A DNA stretch of 32,422 nt from Bugula neritina. Lineage: Eukaryota > Animalia > Bryozoa. The position numbers were made by a program, and so were the translations under genes. The stretch lies in NCBI GenBank assembly GCA_964035545.1, contig CAXIUT010000106.1, positions 1 to 32,422 of the forward strand, read 5' to 3'. Positions within the stretch are counted from its first letter, which is position 1. Each line of letters opens with the position of its first letter. A model generated the notes under the pieces. The model ran no database searches, was not told where the DNA came from, and saw only the letters and a list, made by a program, of their open reading frames with translations. Positions 22,351 through 32,422 of this stretch are shown piece after piece.

Positions 22351-25300
22351 ATGTCGAATTATAGTAATATTCCCTTTCAAACCTGGTAAAACTATGCACA
22401 TTTGGTCTGCACTTCAATCGACCAGAAGGTACTCTTCTTCTAACTCAGACTAAAACCTAAGCCGAACAATTTTTCTATAATTTTATCAAATAGCCTAACA
22501 TCAATATTTTAATCACTTTACTAGGGAAAGGCTCCGATATGTTAGTATTTGCTCTTTTTAGCTACATTGGTAAATTTCCTATTAATTTTACACATACATG
22601 CAATTATTACTTTTTGTTTATGCAGGTGCTAAAATAGTGGCAATTGCATGAATTTACTTTTGTTCGATAAAATAGCAAACCATTCTAAAATTATGTTTCC
22701 CGGACAATTCTAAACACTCTTGGCATTATGATGAAAATCCTATATTAAAATAGTCGAACTACAACTGAATTAGTTCAATTTCTATCAGATATGCCAGTAA
22801 ATTTCTTGAAGATTTTGATATTTAAAACTTTTATTGATGTAATAGAGGTAGTTGACGTGTAGATGGGTTTTATTAGGTTTAGAAATATGGCATATTCTTT
22901 TCAGGATAAAATAATACCAATGATATGCTAATCACTCATTCCTTTCTTTTATAATTTCTAAGAAAGTCTCAAAATCAATGACTTGGCTGTCATGCAATCA
23001 AAGTTAGATGTAAATTAACCAACTAATCATTAAAATCATAGCAATTAACTAAAATTAACCAAAGATCAGTATACTCATTCTTAGTATATTCTTGCTTTAC
23101 TCAAAAAAATAGTGTAATTTAACTATAATATAACATATACAGAATATTAAAGCTAGCAAGTTATCGATACCTGCCTAATTTCATTTCCTGATAAAGTTCT
23201 AGAAAGGATAGTCAACCACTAATTTCTTAATAGTCTATTTTATCTGATAGACAAAATCATTTAAAATCAAGCTAGCACAAAAAGAAACTAATATATGAAG
23301 ACTACTTTAGAATGCCTAGCTAAAATTCTTCAAGCTAGATTAGGCTATATTTCAAATAGTGAACGATAGTTATTTATTTATACAGCCATCAAGGGGATTT
23401 CTAAGTTATTGACCATATGTCAACAAATGCAAAATGAGATTTTGTTGGAGTATATTCTCACATGCAATTCAAAACTGTTTATGAATATCGATATCTCTGA
23501 TATTTAGAAAATATTCAGGCATAATTCTGAGTTCAACCTGCAGCTGTATGAAATGTACAAGAAAGATCTGATTTGGATCATTTTGGAAATATTTAGAAAA
23601 AGTAAAATCAATACTAATAACACTCTCTTAATATAAACCCTAGAAGTAGCTAATAAAATAGTTGTTAACATCAATATTGATATCACGAAACCGATTAGTC
23701 AAGAAAATGCATTTTTCCTTGATTTTGTTAAAGAAATCATCAACAACTACGTAGCCAACTTGAGTCAACAGTCAGGCCTTCTCTTCTCAACTACAAAAGT
23801 TTTATGGTTATCTGAAAATAAGCAAGCTGTATAAGGTTTGTTTGAACCTTTCAAAAAGTTAGTTCTTTATTCTCGTTAACATTTATTCATACAAATTAAT
23901 TTTATTCTAGATTAGTATATTCATCGACAGTAAAAATAATATATAAGGTTAGCTAATATTATATTTTTTGTTTCACAACTTTTAGAACGTCACTTTCTCT
24001 AAAAAAACCTGATGAATCAATCTAACCATTCTGAGTTAGCCATTTTAGCTGTCATAGTAAAAAAAATAACCTAACTTATGCAACACCATCCTCACATGAG
24101 TCTTTAGTTATAATAATCTAATCATTATCTCGATATAGCTGTTCTTCTTTTTTGTTAGTCAATTTTAATAGAATTTTTATCATCTTTTTAATCAAATCCT
24201 CAACTAAAAATCAAACATAAACTCTATCTGCATATGGCTTTTGGCAGTAGCTATAATGAAAGTTATGAATAAGAAGATATTCAATCATAGTCAACAGTTA
24301 TAGGATATCTCACCATTGTTTTTCGATACTTGAATAATGATAATTACACAATAGATCGAGATATCAAGATGCTTTATGCTTTATAAATAATATAAAGAGT
24401 TATTTTTAAGTTAAAATGGAACATGAGAAGATAATCTTTTCTTAAAAGTAAGTTATTTAAAGAGTTATTAGATTTTTTCAGTTATTATTTCAGTCAATGC
24501 TATCAAACTCCATAAATTATGGTTAAAATAGGTAAAATAACTGTTTCTCTTAATTTTGATGATATTCTTGACGAGTATAAATTCAGAATCAATAAATTGA
24601 TATCCAAGATACCTACTGAGTAAGCTAAATTTATTTTTTATTACCTTACAGGCATCTTTGAGGGTATCTAGTCTGGTAATATATGTCGATATTTCTTTAA
24701 TAGACTAAATAAAACTCTAAATCTACCTTTATTCTTTACTTAGATGTTCAAGATGGCTATCAAAGCGTAGTCTGATAAGGATTATAAATAAGTATGTCGA
24801 TTTTGTAAGTTACTAGTGCTAAATAAAGGTTTAAAAATAGCACCAAATGCATTTTTAGTCTACTAACTATTTCAATTGCTGCTACCTCATTTAATATGGT
24901 TTATCAATCAAATCAACTAAAGTCAAAATATTGACTTAGATTTGTTATGTGATGCAATATATTAACTACTATAGATGTTTTCTGGAATTATCAATGGAAC
25001 ACATATTAATATCTATGTTTTGGATTAACTGTAGAGTGATGGAAATGTACAATTAGGCTAGTAGTTTATTTATCAGTTGTTTAGGATGATGAAGTTAATT
25101 TCAAAGGAGTTGAATCTTTATCCTAAATTAGAATAAATGGTTTTGAATTGTTTTAGTTCATCAAAAAAATAAATCCTTGATTACATTTACGATCGTCCAA
25201 CCAATAAACTGTCATCTGTCTTTAACTAAATCGTTATTTTGGAAATAGATATTATAGCTGAGTATATTACAATGCAAATGAATGGAAATAAAAATGTTTA

Positions 25301-25712
25301 AGAAAAGTTATTGAAACTATTTGATAGTTTAAGGATATTTTATCATAATATAAACACTAAAGAGGAAATAAAACATAAAGTTAACGCTAATAGCAACCTA
25401 TGGTAGTATCAGAACCTTTCTTAGAATGGCTAGATATAAAATAAAGTCGATAAATTGGTATATTATGTGATTAATCTAACAGTAACAACCTATAAAAATA
25501 ACGTTATTTATATCAGAAGTTCATCTAAGTTAATATATACTTTGAAAAAAAAGTATAGAAATTATATTCTTAGAAGTATTTAAAAAATGGGAATCAATAA
25601 TTACTATATAGAAAGAGCTATTCACATATTGGATAGATCTACACAAGATATGGAAGAGGAATTTATTGAAGATTTTAAAAACTGGATCAATGATGTTAAT
25701 TAAAATAAATGA
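22351..25712 (+). CDS. Exportin-7/RanBP16-like karyopherin-beta
   Basis: About 1100 helical-looking codons. RFRNMAYSFQD, DTCLISFPDKF and QASTKRN resemble XPO7 HRKIASSFRD, DLCTVQIPTSW and IASVRRS. First intron 22429-22448; other introns not fully mapped. Confidence 0.65.
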
Positions 25713-25830
25713 ATGATCAGAATCTGATTTATTATCATTATTATAACTGTTTAATAGCTATTAGAACAACAATAATTTTTGATAGATTGAATTTTTTTGA
25801 ATTTTTAATTTCAACAGCTTCTTGATGAGT

Positions 25831-27735
25831 TCAAATATAAAAATGCGGGTGAAAATATTAAAAAAAAAGAAAATTATTGAAAAAACATTCAAATAAATGG
25901 ATATTCACTTTTCTTTTTGATTAATAATGGTTTAGGCTTTTTACTTCTGGTTTTAATATTATAAGGAAAATATTAAAAAAGGATCCCTAAAGTAAAAATT
26001 ACATTAATGAGCTCAGAAAGTTAAGTTCTTTAATTCTGTTAAAAAAAATATCTTTTTTACTTATAAAGAGCTTAATTTCCCGCTTAAGATAATTCTTGAT
26101 AATATTTTTAAAAGAACAATGAATCACTTTGAAAGACAAACAACTAATAAAGATTAAGAAGCTGCCAACTTCAAGCAGAAGCTCCTAAGCATCAAATTCA
26201 GTCCTTTTGGCACAACTTAAGCCTCTCCTTGGTAGAAAAAAAAATATTTGAAGAAACTTGCTCATGATGTAAAGAAGAGTTTAGAAGAGATTGATCTCTA
26301 ATGATTTGTTTTCCTCTTTATTATTACACCAATTGCTACCTATCTATCTTATACACAGAGTAAAAACTGAATGAGAAGACTCCAACGAAAATGGAAATGT
26401 TAATGCTTTTGAGAGTTTTTACATCGGGAAAAAATGATTCATATCTAATATTGATCCAAGGTATGAGACTTCTTGGAATATCAAGAAATCGGTCGGGAAT
26501 AATGACGAGAGCTTAGAGAAAGAAGTTGTCAAATAAGAGAATAAAAATAATAAATATAACAATAAATTTATGGAGTTATAGATAATTATTTTCATTATAT
26601 CATCAAAGCCTAGGCAATAATATTTAGTTTATTAATAAAAAATATTTAGAGTTATGCATTAGTTTTTTATATAGTAAAACGCAAAAGTCTTAATATTTAA
26701 AAAAAAATGAAAAAAACAAAGCAAAAATATAAAAATAAGCTCAAAAAAGATAAATAAGAGTAAAATAAAAGTTATAGAGGTGAGATAAATTATTTTTTTT
26801 GATAATTTATTTGGAATTTGATAGAAACATAAAATATTCTCCCTGAAGAGATCAAACAGGAAAGTATTTAAACAAAGGTTCAAAAAAAACTATGTTTAGA
26901 GACTCATTATAAATCTTTTTGGCTTCTTAAAAGACTTTAGGTTGATAACAGTCAAAGGAAATCATCTAGAGTTTAGCATCAAAAATAAAAATAAACTTGT
27001 AAAAAAATACTTAATATTTGAACATTAGAAAGCAAATCACTAGAGAAAAGTTATGATATTTATAAAAAGTGGTATGAATACCTGAAAACAAAAAATGAAT
27101 AAAATAATGTTCTAAGCTATAAGAATTCTTGATCCTAAAACTCTAAAGACTAAATAAGTGAGAAGATGATTAGTCATCTTACTTTACGATCGTCGGAAGG
27201 AATGAAATTGTCCTAGCATAAACGAAGAAAGGTAATTTGATAAAAAGATAGCTATATACTTTGTAAATAAGAGATTAAATGATTTTCAGGAGAGAAAAAA
27301 CATGGGAAAAGTCGCAATAGTCAATTTTGATAAATATTCTCTTATTTTACTATTAATTTTAGTTGAAAATACTCCATTTAACTTAATTGATTAAAATCAA
27401 ATCAATATTAAGTTTAGCAGATATATTAGATATAAGAATTTTGATATTTTTATTAAGGTGGTTCTCAGATATCATACTTTAAAAGCTCTTTGAAATAATA
27501 GTTCATTCAGGTTGACTAAAAAGTAGAGAACTGATGAAAGGCTCTCAAAATATCGAACAAGGAAGGAGAGGAAACAAAAGGAGGGACTGTTGATATGTTG
27601 ATTGAAGATAAAGATGAGAAATGAAAGATGGATAGAGGAATAAAAAATGAACAGTAAAGAGATTTGTGAAGTCGAAATAAAATTGCCGCACTATGTTTTA
27701 GAAATGATTGGGAAAAACTTAGATAAATTAGTCAT
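25831..27735 (-). CDS. Probable multi-pass membrane protein (exon structure unresolved)
   Basis: A 377-codon TGA-free hydrophobic frame (26961 to 25831) overlaps a second ~200-codon frame upstream (~27473-26852). The 5' boundary is a guess. Confidence 0.4.
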
Positions 27736-27756
27736 TTATAATTATCAATTCTGTTT

Positions 27757-29752
27757 ATGAATAGTCAACCAAAAGAGGAGGTTGATTAGTCTAACTAAGT
27801 CTTGGGCCATCTAACTGACCTTCTGCAAAATCAGTAAAGAACTGATCACCCAACATCTCAACCCATCATTTTGAAAGAAGAATCAGGTCCAGACGGGGAG
27901 TAGCTACTGAAGGCGAAGAGTAATAAGGCCCCGACTAACATTGACTGTCCCAGAAATGCGGAAGAGGGTAGGTTAGAGGATTAACTAGAATGTTAGGTTT
28001 GTAAAGATGACTCAATCGAGTTGAAAAAATAGTACAGAAAAATATAATCTCAATAATAAATTGAATAATTACCTTAGTAAGTATGTAAAAGGGCTAGTTC
28101 TGGTTTTTCTGATCCTTCTGATTAAGAAAATAAAGAAATTTAAAACTTGCCTTCTAAATTTATTTAAGATGGGCAATCTCTTATGAAAAGAAGAAATAAA
28201 AAAACTTATTAAAATTAAGATGAAGACTATTCCTAAGCAATTGAACCTTACAAATTTCCCTTTATCAACGAATATATCCACAATCATAGTGCTTAATATC
28301 TGAAAACTGTATAGATCTTTGAAAAGAGCAAATAATAACTTAACAAAACAAGCAGTAATTCATTTATCAACTGCGATGTCAGGTATTTCAACTGGAATCT
28401 CTTTGCAGAGTAAGTAGGTAAGTTTTAAGTGGTTTTAATTGATCCCCCATGGAGAATCAAAGGAGCCCAACAAAATGACTCCCAATTCATGTTTTCAAAC
28501 TGCAAATTCTCACTTGAATATAACACTATGGCTAACAGCTAAATTGCTAGAATTCCACTTCACCTACTATCAGATGAAGGATTTATTTTTCTTTGGATTT
28601 TAAACAGTCAATTAGATGCTTCTCTAGAGATAATGGAACAGTGGGGATACTAATTGGTAGAAGAGGTAATTTGGGTGAAACTTAAAGATGAAAAGATCAA
28701 TTTGACTCATGGATATTACTTCATGCATTCTTATTAAGTCTGTTTGATTGGATATAAGAATAAGAAAAATAATAAAAAAGATAAAATTAAATTAAGAAAA
28801 GGGATAAGTTGGAATACTGTTTTTGCTGAAGTCAGATAAAAATCTCAAAAACCTGAAGACATTTATGCATTGATTGATATTATGTTCAAAGGAAGTCATA
28901 AAATATAAATATTTGCTAGAAATCATAACTTAAGGTTTGGAATATTCAGTGTAGGTAACTAGTTAGGTGAATCTTACGACAAATGGCTTTTGAAGTTATA
29001 ATGTGACTAATGTGGTAATATACTTCAATCAAGTCAAAAAAGATTTAAATCGAAACTTCAACCAAACTACGATCTTTGTCATCGATGTATAGCTCTTAAA
29101 GATAAATCACTATTTTTCTAGCTATCAAATAATGTTGATGAAAACATCAAGCATGAATATATATCATGTGATAACTGTGGAATTGAGCCAATATGGGGCA
29201 TCAGATTTCAATGCATAACATGTCACGATTTCGATATTTGCTAAAGTAAATTTTATTTTATTTAGATTGTTATGATAGAAATATGCATAAAGAAACTAAC
29301 TTTCATTCACTGGAACATGAATTTATGGTCCTAGAAGTACCTGTTTTTGGAAATGGGTTTCATATTCATGAAGCTAAGTGTTCATCATGCTACCAAAACC
29401 CAATCATAGGAATTTACTTTAACTGCTTGACCTGTAAAAACTTAAATTTATGTACTTATTTTATTATAAAGGTCAAAAATGTTATTTCTAACGACCGATC
29501 AGTTCTTTCACTAATCTTTTAAAAAGACACAAACAAGACCACAAGATGTAGGTGATATTTGAATCTCAGATCCAAGATAGTAAAAAATATTAGTGTTTTA
29601 GCTGTAAAAGATAAATTTTATAGAACTGCTGGATGTGTTAAAATTGTTATAATTTCTTTTTCTGTGAAGAATGCTATTCCAAAAGATCCTAATTTAAAAG
29701 TTTGTATGCGAATACTCATAAACAATTTCACATCTTAACCAAAATTTTTTGA
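27757..29752 (+). CDS. MT-A70 family N6-adenine methyltransferase with four C-terminal ZZ-type zinc fingers (AMT2/AMT5-like)
   Basis: FINCDVRYF, VLIDPPW (catalytic), GFIFLW, WGYELVEEVIWVK, GYYFMHSYEVCLIG, SQKPEDIY and IEIFARNHN..G..SVGNEL, followed by four CxxC...CxxC modules. Introns 29246-29265 and 29452-29471. Confidence 0.9.
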
Positions 29753-29920
29753 TCTTCATCTATTATCATATTTTACAATCATAGTTATTACTATATCATT
29801 ATTATCAACTGATAGAATCATTATCGATCACTTTAGAATCGAGAAAATAATTTTTTTTCTTTTAATTTATCAAAAGAAATCAAAGTTTTTTAGTTTTTGT
29901 TCTTTAATTTTAACTATAAA

Positions 29921-30511
29921 ATGGAAAATTATAATCTCAATGCAGAAAAACTAAAGAATATACAACGAGAAATGTAACCAGAGTATTATAACTCTCATAA
30001 AGCGAAAGATCTAACCAATGCATAGAAAACATGTACTTGATATATGACTAAGAAACAAAACGCAATTCACCATGCCAAAAAATATTCAAATACAGTACAT
30101 GTTAGTCCATGTATCGAGTCCTTGCCATCACTCCCGCTTAGTCAATTCTACAGTATACATACAAAAGAAAATAATAAAGAACCAAAGATACTTGATAAGG
30201 CTAAAATTTATCTTGAAGAAAAAAGAAAATAGAATCATATAGCATAAAAGAAGAATGATTTGTCATAGTATATATAAATATTTGCGAGACCTGTCTCTCA
30301 TAAAGAAAGAGTTAAAAGACAATCAATCTAGTTTGGTATTTTTTAAGTAGAAAAGAAAGAAAATAAAGCAGAAAGGAGAGAAATGAGATAAACAGGAGGA
30401 TTCAATGAAGAAAAAGTATAAAAAACAGATGATGCCAGAAGTATGTTGAACGCTAAGATCAGAAAAAGGTTAAATCATAAAAAAATAATTGACTTGTTGA
30501 GAAGAGGTTGA
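29921..30511 (+). CDS. Hypothetical basic protein
   Basis: Two open segments are joined by a 20-nt GT-AG candidate (30033-30052) whose phase is off by one nucleotide. TGA 30509-30511. Confidence 0.5.
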
Positions 30512-30558
30512 TTTAATTGTGAAATTTATCATATTGTATTATTCATAATTAAATTGAG

Positions 30559-30765
30559 ATGGAAGATAAGCCTCAAAAAGAAGAAGAAATGCTCGATTTG
30601 TCTAAAACAGTGCCTATATCAACAGAAGAAGAGAAAAAATTGGCTTCTTTTCTGAATAAATTTCAAGCAAACATCAAAGGAGATGACTAGATGTAAGAAA
30701 TATTCGGCGATACAATCAAACAATGGTCCAATGAACTCGAAGTCAAACACAATCCTAAATAGTGA
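30559..30765 (+). CDS. Small acidic hypothetical protein (68 aa)
   Basis: MEDKPQKEEEMLDLSKTVPI...KHNPKE*; coding-like composition between AT-rich spacers. Confidence 0.55.
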
Positions 30766-30862
30766 ATGATCTATGTTTCGTATGGATCAAAATATGAATG
30801 TTTTATCAGTTTCATAAAGTCGAAAATAATTGATTAAGAGGTCGATAATAAGGGATTGATGA

Positions 30863-31494
30863 TCATAGAGGGTGTATGCTTTGTGAGGTAAGTAGATCTC
30901 CAAAATTTTTGATATCTCCTTTCATTATTTTATCAACATTGGTCAAATGAGAAACTGGCTTTCCTGCTTTATAGATGATAATGCAAGGGCATCTTTAATC
31001 AGGGAAGTTCTAGATGCATTTGGTCGATATTATCTTGATAAACTTCACATGGGCATATTGTTTAGCTATATCTGGCAGGTGCATATTGATCAGATTGCAA
31101 AATTCGTTGCTTGGCTGGTAGAGATGCAAAACAACAAATGATTCTGGATCAGCTTCTGTCACTTATCTCACATATTAATCTCTTGATATTTCCAACACTT
31201 GTCCATATTTCTATTTTTCAACTTTTACCTTTAGTTCTTTCATGCGGTTGGCCATGTACTGCTTGGTAAATTCATCTTCGAAATCTAAATAGAAACAAAG
31301 ATACCCAAATCATCTTAGAGTTAATCAAGTTATTCTTTATCAAGTTTATCCAATTTGTTCTAGAGTTTGTTTTCTTCTGCATGAATTTCTTGCATTTTAG
31401 CTTGTTCTTCAGCTAGAGTAGTTTTCTTTTCATTAGGAAGGTAGTTTCCGTATTTGACATTAGCATCGAACCATTCAGTAGTTACTCCGTTCAT
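30863..31494 (-). CDS. Phosducin-like protein (PDCL3/Plp2 type)
   Basis: N-terminal TTEWFDANVKYGNYLP and C-terminal CIENFPDERCPCIIIYKAG match PhLP2/3 family motifs. Internal introns not mapped. Confidence 0.85.
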
Positions 31495-31617
31495 TCTATC
31501 TTTTATGATAATTATATTGAGCAATAATATATGAGCTAAATATTAATAGTTATTTTAGATAAAAGAAACAATAAACTCTGAATTAGTTTAAAATAAACTA
31601 AAATATCAATGTCTTTA

Positions 31618-32259
31618 TCATTTTTCAGCCTTGATGGGCTCCAGATAACTACTTGAACACTAAAGCTATGTTTTCAATCGTTCTATTTTCTTTTTAGGCT
31701 TTTTGTTATTTATATTTATATCTTTTTTAGAACCTTTTGCTTTTGCTTTTTATTTTTCTTATTCTTCTTTTCTTCTATTCAAACTATCGTAAATAGTTTT
31801 TATTTTTTATCTCTCTTTTTTATGATGATCTACTCTTTTATTGGAATTGCTATTTTATACTTTCTTGAAATAATCTTTATTTTTATCTTTAGGTTGAAAA
31901 GGATTGTTTCCGCTGATATATTGATTAAAATTTCCTGTTGAATTAAATTCCTGACGATATTTGATGGTTTCTTTCTCTCCCTACTATACTTCATCATCAC
32001 TGCTGACGATGTCATCAATAGATAAGATGATTTTAGGGAAAGTGTATATTTTGTTGGCAATAGATAGTTTATATCTCTCATTGATTTATCTTTTGAATTA
32101 TCGGATTTACTATTAATTTTGTTTTTATGTTTCACTATCTGGCTACTAGAGGTCGAAAAGAGGTCTTTTTCGACTATTGAGGAGGAAAAGTTATTCTTGA
32201 GAGTAGCGTTAGAGGTTAGAGAGGGCTTATTCGTCTACTTCTGATTTGAATTAGTACAT
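31618..32259 (-). CDS. Hypothetical K/E-rich protein (213 aa), starting ~60 bp from the telomere
   Basis: Uninterrupted ATG-to-TGA frame with TAR=Glu. Confidence 0.65.
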
Positions 32260-32319
32260 GTTATTACATACAATATTATAAACCTATTCTAATTATGATA
32301 TTAAATGAAAGTAAAGGGA

Positions 32320-32422
32320 TTGGGGTTGGGGTTGGGGTTGGGGTTGGGGTTGGGGTTGGGGTTGGGGTTGGGGTTGGGGTTGGGGTTGGGGTTGGGGTTG
32401 GGGGGGTTGGGGTTGGGGTTGG
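32320..32422. repeat. Right telomere (TTGGGG)n
   Basis: T2G4 array at the contig end, with one expanded G run. Confidence 0.97.

Noticed and set aside
26900-27120. GPAA1/Gaa1-like motif GIHTTFYKYHNFSL in the minus-strand membrane protein
   Set aside because: A single weak motif in an unresolved gene model; it needs an HMM search.
25825-27700. Plus-strand reading with TGA=Trp (an ambiguous all-stops-reassigned code) or frameshifting at AAA-TGA
   Set aside because: Trp codons in the conserved genes I translated are TGG, and in-frame TGAs elsewhere disappear with 20-nt introns. A long TGA-free frame exists on the minus strand here.
498-32259. Standard ciliate code (TAR=Gln, table 6)
   Set aside because: It would place Gln in the Rpt2 Walker B motif and at many other conserved Glu positions.

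Overview
A telomere-to-telomere, AT-rich, gene-dense ciliate macronuclear chromosome: (CCCCAA)n at 1-113 and (TTGGGG)n at 32320-32422, with three further telomeric blocks inside. TAA/TAG read as Glu (peritrich-type code, NCBI table 30) and TGA is the only stop, so the supplied standard-code ORF track is largely misleading. Most introns I could place are 19-21 nt. Recognisable genes: centrin-like EF-hand protein, DHHC palmitoyltransferase, RPL41, a probably acatalytic alpha-carbonic-anhydrase-like protein, PDCD5, a divergent E2 enzyme, proteasome ATPase Rpt2, exportin-7-like, an MT-A70 methyltransferase with four ZZ fingers (AMT2/AMT5-like) and a phosducin-like protein. The most unusual part is ~11.2-17.4 kb, a tandem family of five intronless genes for small secreted precursors. 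They share a promoter, a signal peptide and an acidic EVLETNEH segment, but carry completely different Pro/Cys- and Arg/Gly/Cys-rich cationic repeats. The family arose by nested tandem duplications and is interrupted by apparent alternative telomere-addition sites. All translations were done by hand and no database searches were run.
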